In this document: positions 38,055 to 47,440 of the stretch, in pieces | Layout of the letters: each line of letters starts with the position of its first letter | Position numbering within the stretch: the first letter of the stretch is position 1 | NCBI GenBank assembly: GCA_003213625.1 | Contig: QCMT01000002.1 | Coordinates: forward strand, 150,152-214,151 | Source: OCS155 cluster bacterium AG-422-J23 | GTDB taxonomy: Bacteria; Actinomycetota; Acidimicrobiia; Actinomarinales; Actinomarinaceae | Reading direction: 5' to 3' | DNA length: 64,000 bases | The notes under the pieces: model-generated | Told to the model about the DNA's origin: nothing | Database searches by the model: none | Seen by the model: the letters and a program-made list of their open reading frames with translations, nothing else | Position numbers and translations under genes: made by a program

Positions 38055-39605
38055 CTATTTTTTAAAATATAAAAAAATGTTTTGTATCCTCTTTTTCTCT
38101 ATTGATTCTGATTCATAATTTTCATAGTCTGTATAAGTTACAAAAATATCTGATTCAATTAGTGCATCTGAAGGTCTATCTTTCGAACCCCAATACTCTC
38201 TCACAAAAAATAATTCATTGTATGTTATTCCATTTCTTGGAACAAAAAGATCTGGATGCCAATAAACCAGGTTTTTATTTAAGTCCTCATTATTTTCATA
38301 AATATCATTTATTTCCTCAATGATTTTATCAACCAACATTATGGCATCGATCTCATTGTCTATATTTGTATAGCCATATCTATCATTTGCATTAAAAGTT
38401 TTTTCTGCGACAAACCTCTCATAATTTGAAAAAGCTCCCAAGAGTACAAATGTTAAGAAGACAAATGTCATTACTTTTCCAAAATAATTAATTTTTGAAA
38501 TTTCTAAATTTTTGAATATAGATAAAAGAAGGAGGGTAAGTGGTAAATGTAAATAATGGGTATATTGTCTTTCTATAAATAGAAAATAAAAAAGAAGATA
38601 AAGTAAAGATACAAAAATTAAAGTTGCCGATAATTGATCCTTATTCTTTGCAATAATGTATATTCCACTAAAAGTAAATAACATGAATAAGATTAAAAAT
38701 AATAAATTAAATGAAGGACTAAGTTTATAAAATTTTGCTAATGTTGTTAACCACTTTTCAGGTGTGGACAACAAAAGTGAAATATCTTCACCATTAGATC
38801 CTTGGCTAGTTATCCATTGAAAATAAATTTGGTAAAAGTTAGGAAGGTTATAACTTCCAAATTTTATGGGTGGAATAATTAAAATTGGATTGACAATAAA
38901 CAAAGCAGCTATTGATATTAAAAAAGAACGCAATATAAAAGAAACTTTGTTTTCTTTAAGATTAAATAAAATATATATACCTAAAAATCCAAATAAAACA
39001 ACAGTATTGATTTTTATGAAACTAGCAATTGCTAGAAAAAAAACTGCTTTATTGTATTCTTCCTTAATAATAAATTTTATTCCTAAAGCAACAAATAAAA
39101 TCAAAAAAGTGTCTGGTTTTGGAATTCTATGAAAATACTCAACTGATGGTAATGAATAAATAGCAAGCAAAGCTATCCATTGATATTCTTTTTTAACTAG
39201 ATACCTCACTAGTAAAAAATTTCCAATAAAAAATAGAGATATGTTTATAATCCTTGAAAATGTAATTAAAGCTACATCTCCAAAGAACATTATTGGACCA
39301 GCAAAGATAACAAAAAAATTAGACCAAAGTCGTCCGTATCTTAAATCACCCCCATAAGCAAATTCAATAAAAAATATAAGAAGGTTTTTAAATAAAATAT
39401 TATCAACTTCATCAAATCTATTAAATACATCATCAAGTAGCCATATATTGTATATATCATCAACTAGCATTCTTTCATCAATGAATAAAACTTCATAATT
39501 ATTTGATTTAAAAGCACTTATACCAAAAATAATTAATAAAGTAATTGTTAAAACCTTTGCAGCAATGTTGGTAAAATTTAATAAGTGATTACTTCTAATT
39601 TTCAT
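38055..39605 (-). CDS. GT-C-like polytopic membrane glycosyltransferase (putative)
   Basis: 516 aa with more than 10 TM segments. The first extracytoplasmic loop carries acidic DE/DD motifs (LFIDERMLVDDIYN), as in ArnT/PMT-type GT-C enzymes. Confidence 0.5.
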   Translation of the reverse strand: MKIRSNHLLNFTNIAAKVLTITLLIIFGISAFKSNNYEVLFIDERMLVDDIYNIWLLDDVFNRFDEVDNILFKNLLIFFIEFAYGGDLRYGRLWSNFFVIFAGPIMFFGDVALITFSRIINISLFFIGNFLLVRYLVKKEYQWIALLAIYSLPSVEYFHRIPKPDTFLILFVALGIKFIIKEEYNKAVFFLAIASFIKINTVVLFGFLGIYILFNLKENKVSFILRSFLISIAALFIVNPILIIPPIKFGSYNLPNFYQIYFQWITSQGSNGEDISLLLSTPEKWLTTLAKFYKLSPSFNLLFLILFMLFTFSGIYIIAKNKDQLSATLIFVSLLYLLFYFLFIERQYTHYLHLPLTLLLLSIFKNLEISKINYFGKVMTFVFLTFVLLGAFSNYERFVAEKTFNANDRYGYTNIDNEIDAIMLVDKIIEEINDIYENNEDLNKNLVYWHPDLFVPRNGITYNELFFVREYWGSKDRPSDALIESDIFVTYTDYENYESESIEKKRIQNIFLYFKK

Positions 39606-39619
39606 ATGGATATTTCATT

Positions 39620-40192
39620 ATGACTCCAATTATTCATAGAGTCAACGATATCAAACTCTTAAAAGATTTACCTAATAACTACGGTTTAGAGATAGATGTC
39701 AGATCTAATAACAATAATTTAATTCTCTCTCATGAACCAACAGACCAGGGCGATTTTTTTATTGATTTTATTGAAGAATATAACCATCAATTATTGGTAG
39801 TAAATGTAAAAGAGGCTGGAATAGAAAAAAAAATTTTAGATATACTTAAAAACAAAGGTATAGATAATTATTTCTTGTTAGATATTGAGTTTCCTTTTTT
39901 ACTTCAAAACCACAGTGAATTTGGTAAGAATCTATCTGTAAGATACTCAAAATATGAAAGTATAGAAACAGCAAAAAACTTTGTTGAGAGTGTTAGCTGG
40001 ATGTGGATAGATACTTATAAAGATTTTGAACTAAATGAAGAAGCTGCTGATATTGTTAAAAAGTTTAATGTTTGCTTAGTTTCACCATCTAGGTGGGGAC
40101 AATCCGAAAGACTTAATTATTTTATAGAAAAGTTTAAAAATTTTAAAATAGACATTGATTATGTAATGGTTGAAAATGGTGAATTGATATAG
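39620..40192 (+). CDS. glycerophosphodiester phosphodiesterase-like (GDPD/PI-PLC-X-like) protein (putative)
   Basis: 190 aa. IIHRVNDIKLL...GLEIDVRSNNNNLILSHEP resembles the H-R...E-x-D-x-R...H-D/E catalytic N-terminus of GDPD-fold enzymes. Confidence 0.45.
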   Translation: MTPIIHRVNDIKLLKDLPNNYGLEIDVRSNNNNLILSHEPTDQGDFFIDFIEEYNHQLLVVNVKEAGIEKKILDILKNKGIDNYFLLDIEFPFLLQNHSEFGKNLSVRYSKYESIETAKNFVESVSWMWIDTYKDFELNEEAADIVKKFNVCLVSPSRWGQSERLNYFIEKFKNFKIDIDYVMVENGELI

Positions 40193-40228
40193 ATATTGTT
40201 ATTAATACATAACTATTATGATTAATTT

Positions 40229-41953
40229 GTGATTCAGATTATTTCTTTCTCTATTGAAATTTTTTTAAAGTACTCAATACTTTATTTTGTCCTATTTTTT
40301 AGTGGTCGCTCATTTCTATTGATAATTGAAACAATATATTTTAAAAAAAGAGAGATACCTCAAACCATATTAAAGATAAAATCACAAATTTTATTTCCAA
40401 TTCTAGGGGTGATTTCAGTTGGCAATCTACTTATTCTTGTTAATTATTTTTTACCTCTGAAGTCCAATTTAGTTTTTTTGATTATAACTTTATTCAACTT
40501 TGGAAATTTATTAAGTATTCAAAAGATTCAAATCAAAAAACATTTAAATCTTTACAACTTCATTAATTTTTTTGTATTTCCTGCAATTTTATTAATAAGT
40601 ACATCTGATATAAATTTTCACTATGACGCAGGTTATTATCACTTAAATCATCAAAATTGGTTAAGAGAATCAAACATGGTTGTCGGAATGGTCAATATTT
40701 TTTGGGCATTTGGCATGTCTTCGATATACGAATACCTATCCGCAGTTCTATGGATTGATACATCCTTTCTTTTATTGCATTACCTTTCATTAATTTTTAT
40801 ACATTTCTTTTATTCATTTTTATTTTTTAACATTTTAAATTCAAAAAATCTTAAATTGAAAAATGCATCATTGCTGCTAATTTTCTTTTCAATATTTGAT
40901 AATTTTGGTTTAGGTGGTGGAAGAAATGGATTTTTGTATATTCAAGGAGTTGGTAAACAAGATATTCCGGTCGCAGTTTTATTTATTTTTATAAGCTTGA
41001 TAATAGTTGATTATCTTATTGAAAAAGATTTAACTGGAAGAGATCTAATTGCAATTTCATTAATAACATTTTTTATTTTTCAATTAAAAATAAGTACAAT
41101 TTTTATTTATATTATTTTTTTAATTCTTGTTTTTCAGTTAGTTTACGAAAAAATAATGAGATTTACAAAAGTCCTCTATTACTTAATTCCAAATATTTTG
41201 TTTGCTATATTTTGGTTTGTAAAAAGCTATATGACGACCGGATGTGTTGTGTTTCCAGTTAACTTCCTATGTATTAATAATTTTGATTGGTACGTCACTG
41301 GATCAACTAAAGCCTATGAATCAATCTCTACAGGTGCTAGCTTTTCTTATATTGAATACTTTGTTTCAGGAGAGGGTAGTTTTATTGATTGGTTCAATTC
41401 ATTTTTTAATAGTGATGTATATTCTGGCTTTTCAAGCTACTATAGGTCCTTTTACTTAAACTTTTTGGGATCTTTATTAATCATTTATTTATTAAAAAGA
41501 ATATTATTTAATAAAAGTAAATTAAGTAAATTAGATAATTTACTTATTTTTATATTTCTAATATCAAATATGACTTATTCAATATTTTTTGGCCCAATAC
41601 CAAGATATACAATTGGGATTCTTTGTCTTTCAGTCGGAATATTAGGTTTTTATGGTAAAGATTTAAAAGTAAAAATTAGTAAAAGTGCTATTACAACATT
41701 AATAGTTATATCAATTGGATTGATACCTAGAGCAAATTCTTATATTGGTTTTTTTGAATCATCTGAGATTGCATTATTTGATCCAACGTTAGTTAGTGAA
41801 TTATACAATGAAGTACCAATTTATGATGGTTGGATAAAACCAGACAAGGGAGATAGATGCTTCGTAAATCTACAATGCACTATGCATGACGAAGAAATTG
41901 TATTAAATGAAAATAGCTTTTTTACAACCGCATACAGGTTGTTCGATAACTAA
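40229..41953 (+). CDS. large polytopic membrane protein, uncharacterised family (paralog of 30614-32239)
   Basis: 574 aa, GTG start. Shares the FHYDAGYYHLNHQNWLRESN, DNFGLGGGRNGFLYIQGVGKQDIP and GDRCFVNLQC blocks with the 541-aa paralog. Confidence 0.6.
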   Translation: MIQIISFSIEIFLKYSILYFVLFFSGRSFLLIIETIYFKKREIPQTILKIKSQILFPILGVISVGNLLILVNYFLPLKSNLVFLIITLFNFGNLLSIQKIQIKKHLNLYNFINFFVFPAILLISTSDINFHYDAGYYHLNHQNWLRESNMVVGMVNIFWAFGMSSIYEYLSAVLWIDTSFLLLHYLSLIFIHFFYSFLFFNILNSKNLKLKNASLLLIFFSIFDNFGLGGGRNGFLYIQGVGKQDIPVAVLFIFISLIIVDYLIEKDLTGRDLIAISLITFFIFQLKISTIFIYIIFLILVFQLVYEKIMRFTKVLYYLIPNILFAIFWFVKSYMTTGCVVFPVNFLCINNFDWYVTGSTKAYESISTGASFSYIEYFVSGEGSFIDWFNSFFNSDVYSGFSSYYRSFYLNFLGSLLIIYLLKRILFNKSKLSKLDNLLIFIFLISNMTYSIFFGPIPRYTIGILCLSVGILGFYGKDLKVKISKSAITTLIVISIGLIPRANSYIGFFESSEIALFDPTLVSELYNEVPIYDGWIKPDKGDRCFVNLQCTMHDEEIVLNENSFFTTAYRLFDN

Positions 41954-41960
41954 ATAAAAT

Positions 41961-42362
41961 TTAGTTTTTAATTTTATCTAGGATTATTTGCAAGAGTGAA
42001 GAGCCTATTATATAAAGAATTAAATATATTCTGTCATATCCAAAAACTCGTAAAACAATATAAACTGTTGAAATTGCAAGAAGGTTTATCAGTAAGAAAA
42101 AGCTATATTTGAAATAATGTAAAAGGTAAATTTCAATAAACGGTTGAAAAACTTGAGTTAATAGAATTGTGACAAGAACAACAGAAATACAAACAAAAAT
42201 TTCATTAAACAAGTTAGAAGTTGCTAATGATGAATAAGATATTGGAAAAATTACCAAGAAATCATTACTTAGTTGATAAAGATCGATATCAACACTGAGA
42301 TAGATGACTAAGTAATTTAAAAAAAATAAAGTTAATGATTTAATTATTAAAAGCATATACAA
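41961..42362 (-). CDS. small four-helix membrane protein (size and topology compatible with a GtrA-like flippase; unassigned)
   Basis: 133-aa ORF with about four hydrophobic segments, sitting among Dpm1-like/GT-C genes. No diagnostic motif recognised. Confidence 0.35.
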   Translation of the reverse strand: MYMLLIIKSLTLFFLNYLVIYLSVDIDLYQLSNDFLVIFPISYSSLATSNLFNEIFVCISVVLVTILLTQVFQPFIEIYLLHYFKYSFFLLINLLAISTVYIVLRVFGYDRIYLILYIIGSSLLQIILDKIKN

Positions 42363-42414
42363 ATATTAATTTGTTTTAAATAATTATTTTCAATTCTAAA
42401 CCTAAAAAAATGTA

Positions 42415-43176
42415 TTATTTCTTAAGCTCAACAAAAAAAAGAAAACCATATTTATTCTGAAATAATTTATCTATCATTTTGACAATTATTCTTCCCAATT
42501 CCAAACTAAAAATAGAAAAGAATACGCCAATATTCATAAATTTTTCTATTTTAAAGTTTTTGAATTTTGAATTACCTAAGATTTCCTCCAATTGAGTTTT
42601 TTTATATTTAATTTTGTGTTCCGAACTGTAGTCTATGGGACCAATGCCATGAGATAATTTTTCTAAAAACCTCATTGAAGTTGAATAATTTGGGGTTGTA
42701 ATTATTACTTTTCCATCTTTTTTAAGAATTGAGTACAACTTTTCAAGCAATAAAAGAGCTTCATCTCTATCTAAATATTCGAAAAGACCAATAATACTAA
42801 TTGAATTAAAAAACTCTTTATGTGCTTTAAAATCAAACTCTTCGATAATATAAAATTTGCCTTTTTCTGAATATGTTTTTATTGCATATTCAATTTGGTT
42901 GTTTGAAATATCTACACCAATAGAATTTTGATATAAATAATTTCCAATAAATGAACCGGAACCACATGCATAGTCAAGGTGCAGATCCTCTTTATTTATT
43001 GTTGAGCTTACTTTAAGAAAAGTTAAATTGTGCCAATTAGCTTGTATTCCTCTTCCTTTATTCAACCCTTTTTTAAGTATTGAGTCATAGTAGTCACTAG
43101 GCAATGAAGTATCCCAAAAATTATCCATATCATGCATTTTAAGTTTTATTTCAAGATTTCTATACATTATCAACAA
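42415..43176 (-). CDS. class I SAM-dependent methyltransferase
   Basis: 253 aa. Motif I LDYACGSGSFIGNYL and a post-I acidic residue (GVDIS). Typical Methyltransf_11/23 layout. Confidence 0.75.
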   Translation of the reverse strand: MLIMYRNLEIKLKMHDMDNFWDTSLPSDYYDSILKKGLNKGRGIQANWHNLTFLKVSSTINKEDLHLDYACGSGSFIGNYLYQNSIGVDISNNQIEYAIKTYSEKGKFYIIEEFDFKAHKEFFNSISIIGLFEYLDRDEALLLLEKLYSILKKDGKVIITTPNYSTSMRFLEKLSHGIGPIDYSSEHKIKYKKTQLEEILGNSKFKNFKIEKFMNIGVFFSIFSLELGRIIVKMIDKLFQNKYGFLFFVELKK

Positions 43177-43240
43177 AAAACGTTCAATGTTTACAATTAA
43201 CGTTTATATACTTTAATGAACATATTAAATGTAATTTATA

Positions 43241-45136
43241 ATGACTAAACAAGATAACCTTTTAAAATTTTTAAAGAAATATTATTACGTTCTATTTATT
43301 TCAGTCATTACTTTTGTATATTTAATTTTTTCTTCATCTTTTGAAATTATTAAATTTTCAGCAATATCACTATGTTTTTTTGTGTTTATATTTTGTTTAA
43401 TAAACCAAAAATCAAATTTGTGGCACTTCATTTTTCAATTAGGTATTTTGATTTTTTCCCTTATTTTTATTTACAGAAACCTTAATGTTACGATTTTTTC
43501 AGTTGTATTTATTTTTATTATTTTAAAATACCTAATTTCTGATAGCTTAATAAATTTTAATTTACTGAAATTTAATAGTTTCAAAAATGTTTTTAGCGGA
43601 TTTATTTTACTGTTTATAATCACGATATTATTACAAAGCCTATACCTTGATATTGAAACTATTGATTGGGATGTTCATAGTTATTTAGTGACTTCATTAG
43701 AAATTGGTAGAGGAAATTTACCATATGAAAATCAATGGGAAGACAAACAACCTGCTTTTTTTTATTTCTACTATTTCTTTATCTCACTCTCTAATGGAAG
43801 CATTGTTGCATTTAGATTATTAAATGATTTTCTTTTATTTTTATGTGCTTTAATTGTTTACTTTATTTCAAAGCAAACGAGTAACAAAACACATCATTCC
43901 TTAATATCTCCATTGATTTTTATTTGTCTTATGAGTATTCCATGGGGAACAGCTGAGTACTCAGAACTATATTCTGTTCTTTTTTTAGGTTTAGCATTTT
44001 ATCTTCTATTAGTAAGGACAAAAGCTAAATATTTAATATTTACTTCAGGGCTACTTTTCTCAATCTCAACACTAATTAATATAGGAACTCTTCTATTTGC
44101 GGCAGCCTATTTTATTCAAATATATAATTTTTCAAAAAAAGATCTTTTAAAAAATTTAACTCTATTTGGGCTTGGATTTATCTCACTACATATTTTCTTT
44201 TTGTATCTTTACTTCTCTAACGGTTTATTAGACATTTATATTGCAACTTTAATTTCAATACCTTTTGGATATGGTGGAAATATTTCAATTAATGTAAGTT
44301 CATTTAATTCATTTTTAAAATCTTTTTTTGAATTTAATATTTTTCTTTATCTGATATTGCTCACTTCTTTGTTACAAAAAGGTTTTAATATTTCAAAAGA
44401 ATTATTTGAAAATAAAAAAATAAATATTGAAAATAATATAAACAATATATATCTTTCTTTATCTATTGTATTTTTCTTAATTGCAGCAAAAGGATTTAAT
44501 CATCATTTAATATTTTTCCTTTTCTTTTTGTCAATAAACCCTATGGCAAAAAGTTTTGTTAAAGTTAAACCAATTTTTGCATTACTTATATTTTCTTTCT
44601 TTATGTTTCAATTATTTTCTAATTCTCAAAATACAGAGCTTGCTTTTGAGGAGGATATTAGTAAACCTGGTTACCAATCTATCCTATCTAATTTATCAAA
44701 TCTTGGTGATCTTGAAGATGATTATCCTTTGAAAAAACTCAGTAAAGAAATTGATAGTTATTTTGTAGAAGACTATACAGTTTTGGCACTAGATAGTAAT
44801 TTAATTTTGTTTTACTTAGATAAACCAAATTATTCTTACATCATCCATCCCACTAATCACTTTGAACCATGGATAACAAGTAATTTATTAAAAACAAAAA
44901 GAATACAAGAAAACAATATTATTAAGATGATAGACACAAAACCGGATGTAATAATTTGCTCAAATAATAGTATTGCTAAAGACTCACCAAATTATGAATA
45001 TTTTAACTGCGCAGTTTCAGATTATTATTCGGAGTATATAAAGCTGGATACAACAAAGTATGAAAGAAATATCTTAATAGAGTACTATTTTGATAGATAC
45101 AAAAATATTAGTGTATTTGTAAAAATCAATGAATAA
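43241..45136 (+). CDS. ArnT/PMT_2-like GT-C glycosyltransferase (polyprenol-phosphate-sugar dependent)
   Basis: 631 aa, polytopic. The first periplasmic loop DIETIDWDVHSYLVTSLEIGRGNLPYENQWEDKQPAFFYFYYFF matches the DExxY...G.LPY...W..KPP block of GT39/GT83 enzymes. Confidence 0.7.
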   Translation: MTKQDNLLKFLKKYYYVLFISVITFVYLIFSSSFEIIKFSAISLCFFVFIFCLINQKSNLWHFIFQLGILIFSLIFIYRNLNVTIFSVVFIFIILKYLISDSLINFNLLKFNSFKNVFSGFILLFIITILLQSLYLDIETIDWDVHSYLVTSLEIGRGNLPYENQWEDKQPAFFYFYYFFISLSNGSIVAFRLLNDFLLFLCALIVYFISKQTSNKTHHSLISPLIFICLMSIPWGTAEYSELYSVLFLGLAFYLLLVRTKAKYLIFTSGLLFSISTLINIGTLLFAAAYFIQIYNFSKKDLLKNLTLFGLGFISLHIFFLYLYFSNGLLDIYIATLISIPFGYGGNISINVSSFNSFLKSFFEFNIFLYLILLTSLLQKGFNISKELFENKKINIENNINNIYLSLSIVFFLIAAKGFNHHLIFFLFFLSINPMAKSFVKVKPIFALLIFSFFMFQLFSNSQNTELAFEEDISKPGYQSILSNLSNLGDLEDDYPLKKLSKEIDSYFVEDYTVLALDSNLILFYLDKPNYSYIIHPTNHFEPWITSNLLKTKRIQENNIIKMIDTKPDVIICSNNSIAKDSPNYEYFNCAVSDYYSEYIKLDTTKYERNILIEYYFDRYKNISVFVKINE

Positions 45137-45938
45137 ATTAAAAGGTTTATCAGTAATTCTTCCTACATTAAATGAAGAAGAAAACTTGAAAGAATTAATC
45201 CCCAAGATAGTTGAAATTCTGGAAAATATAGAAATAACAAATTATGAATTAATTGTTGTTGATGACTCATCGGAGGATCAAACAGAGGAATTAATTAAGA
45301 AAATGCATAATGAAAATCGAAATATAAAATTTTATGCCAGAAAAAATGAAAGATCTTTACCAATTTCAATATTAGATGGAATCAATCAATCAATATATGA
45401 ACATGTAATGTGGCTTGATGCTGATGGATCAATGAATGCTGATTCAATAAAGAAATTATTGGAAAAACTCAATGAAAATACTGAAAATGTAATAATTGGA
45501 TCAAGGTTTGTTGAAGGAGGAGGATACAAAGGTATCGAGGAAGTTGGAACTACCTCATTTTTTTCAGCAATGTATAATGTTTCAAAATCAAATGATTCTG
45601 TTCTTGCAACAATTCTCTCCAAAATATTTAATAATATATTATTTGTACTTACCCCAACAAATGTAAAAGATTTAACTAGTGGATTTATTGTTGGAAAGAA
45701 GGAATATTTTGATTCAAGCGTATTTTTAAAATCATCTTACGGTGATTACTTTGTATATTTAGTTAATAGTCTTCACAGTAAAAATATAGTCATACAAGAA
45801 GTTGGCTATCTTTGTGAAATGAGAATCCATGGGGAGAGTAAAACTGGCAGTAGTATTGTACAACTAATAAAAAGAGGATTACCCTATATTCTTGCTGCAG
45901 TCAGATGTAGAATGGGTAATAATGAAAATTTACTGTGA
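45129..45938 (+). CDS. GT2 polyprenol-phosphate glycosyltransferase (ArnC/Dpm1-like)
   Basis: 269 aa. LSVILPTLNEEENLKELIPKI...LIVVDDSSEDQTEE...WLDADGS. 8-nt overlap with the GT-C gene. Confidence 0.8.
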   Translation: MNKLKGLSVILPTLNEEENLKELIPKIVEILENIEITNYELIVVDDSSEDQTEELIKKMHNENRNIKFYARKNERSLPISILDGINQSIYEHVMWLDADGSMNADSIKKLLEKLNENTENVIIGSRFVEGGGYKGIEEVGTTSFFSAMYNVSKSNDSVLATILSKIFNNILFVLTPTNVKDLTSGFIVGKKEYFDSSVFLKSSYGDYFVYLVNSLHSKNIVIQEVGYLCEMRIHGESKTGSSIVQLIKRGLPYILAAVRCRMGNNENLL

Positions 45939-46314
45939 AAATAATATTCTTTTGGCTGCCGTTATAAAATTAGAGGATATAAATAAAGAAAAAAATTTTG
46001 TTACTGATAATGAAGAAGAGTTTCAAGTAGCATCTTTTAATTTAAAAAAAGATACAAAAATTGAAAGACATCACCATCCCCATCAAAATAGGGAAATAAA
46101 AAATACTTCAGAGGTTTTAACAGTTTTAGGTGGAAGAATCAAAGTTAACATTTATGATGAAAATCTTAAATTTGTCCATGAGGAAACACTTGTAACAGGA
46201 GAAACGATTGCTTTATTTAGAGGGGGTCACGAAATTGAAATCTTAGAAGATAGCAAATTTATTGAATCTAAACAAGGTCCTTATATTGAAGATATTGACA
46301 AAATAAGATTTTAA
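45922..46314 (+). CDS. cupin-fold protein (FdtA/WxcM-like sugar ketoisomerase or WbuC-like)
   Basis: About 130 aa. HHHPHQNREIKNTSEVLTVLGGRIKVNIYDEN...GGHEIEIL shows a two-His cupin motif pattern and the size of FdtA/WbuC proteins. The ATG at 45922 is preferred. Confidence 0.6.
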   Translation: MKIYCENNILLAAVIKLEDINKEKNFVTDNEEEFQVASFNLKKDTKIERHHHPHQNREIKNTSEVLTVLGGRIKVNIYDENLKFVHEETLVTGETIALFRGGHEIEILEDSKFIESKQGPYIEDIDKIRF

Positions 46315-46315
46315 A

Positions 46316-47428
46316 ATGATTAAAGTTTTTGAACCTTCTCTCACATTGAGTGACAAATTATCCGTAATAAGAACTTTGTTTAATAATAATATTTCTGGTA
46401 CTAGCCCAATTATTGAAGAGTTTGAGACGGAAACTGCAAAAATTTTTAACAGAAAACATGGAATAGCAATAAGCAATGGAAGTACAGCATTAGAAATAGC
46501 ATTTCAATTATTAGATTTAAAAAGAGGCGATGAGGTCATTCTTCCTTCTTTTACAATAATTTCCTGTCTTTCTGCAGTTTTGAGGACTGGTGCAACACCT
46601 ATATTTTCGGATGTAGATTCAAATACCTGGAACATGGATATCACCCATATAGAAAAACTTTTAACTCCTAATACGAAAGCTGTTTTAATGGTTCATACAT
46701 ATGGATTAGCAGCAGATGCAACAAAAATAAAAGATTTTTGTGAAACCAACAATCTCTTTCTCGTAGAAGATGCTGCTGAAGCTCATGGACAAATTGAAGG
46801 TGGTAAAAAATGTGGTTCTTTTGGAGATATATCAACTCTGAGTTTTTATGCTAACAAACACGTAACTACTGGTGAAGGAGGAATGATTCTTGTCGACTCT
46901 GATCAATATTCAGCAAAGTCAAGACAAATGATCAATCTTGACTTCAACAATAATGAAAGGTTTAAACATAATAATTTGTACTGGAATTATAGACTTAGTG
47001 GATTACAAGCTTCTTTGGGGTTGTCTCAAATTAAACACTTAGACAAAACAATTTCAAACAAAATATCTCAAGGATTGTATTACACAAACTTATTAAGTGA
47101 GTATGCAGATTTGATACAGTGTCCTTTATCAGAATTTGATAATGTAAAGAATCATTACTGGGTTTATGGTATTGTTTTAAAAAACGGGGCTAATCGAGAA
47201 AAGGTAACTGATGATTTATCATCAAGAGGTATACAAACTAGACCATTCTTCTGGCCTCTTCACCTTCAGAACTCGTTGCCAGAGGAGTTTAAAAGATCAG
47301 AAAATAAACTACCCAATGCAGAGTTTATTGGTAAAAATGGTTTTTATATACCTATTGGAAATCATATTAGTAAAAATGATCAAGATTATATTATAGAAAA
47401 TGTTCTTGAATCCATTAATGCTAGATAA
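46316..47428 (+). CDS. DegT/DnrJ/EryC1/StrS-family PLP-dependent sugar aminotransferase
   Basis: 370 aa. NGSTALEIAF, VEDAAEAHG and SFYANKHVTTGEGGMIL (the PLP-binding lysine) are hallmark motifs. Confidence 0.9.
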   Translation: MIKVFEPSLTLSDKLSVIRTLFNNNISGTSPIIEEFETETAKIFNRKHGIAISNGSTALEIAFQLLDLKRGDEVILPSFTIISCLSAVLRTGATPIFSDVDSNTWNMDITHIEKLLTPNTKAVLMVHTYGLAADATKIKDFCETNNLFLVEDAAEAHGQIEGGKKCGSFGDISTLSFYANKHVTTGEGGMILVDSDQYSAKSRQMINLDFNNNERFKHNNLYWNYRLSGLQASLGLSQIKHLDKTISNKISQGLYYTNLLSEYADLIQCPLSEFDNVKNHYWVYGIVLKNGANREKVTDDLSSRGIQTRPFFWPLHLQNSLPEEFKRSENKLPNAEFIGKNGFYIPIGNHISKNDQDYIIENVLESINAR

Positions 47429-47440
47429 TGAAAGAAAATT

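Noticed and set aside
41961-42362. Calling the 133-aa four-helix protein GtrA
   Set aside because: Size, topology and context fit, but I could not identify any GtrA-family sequence motif. It is left as an unassigned membrane protein.
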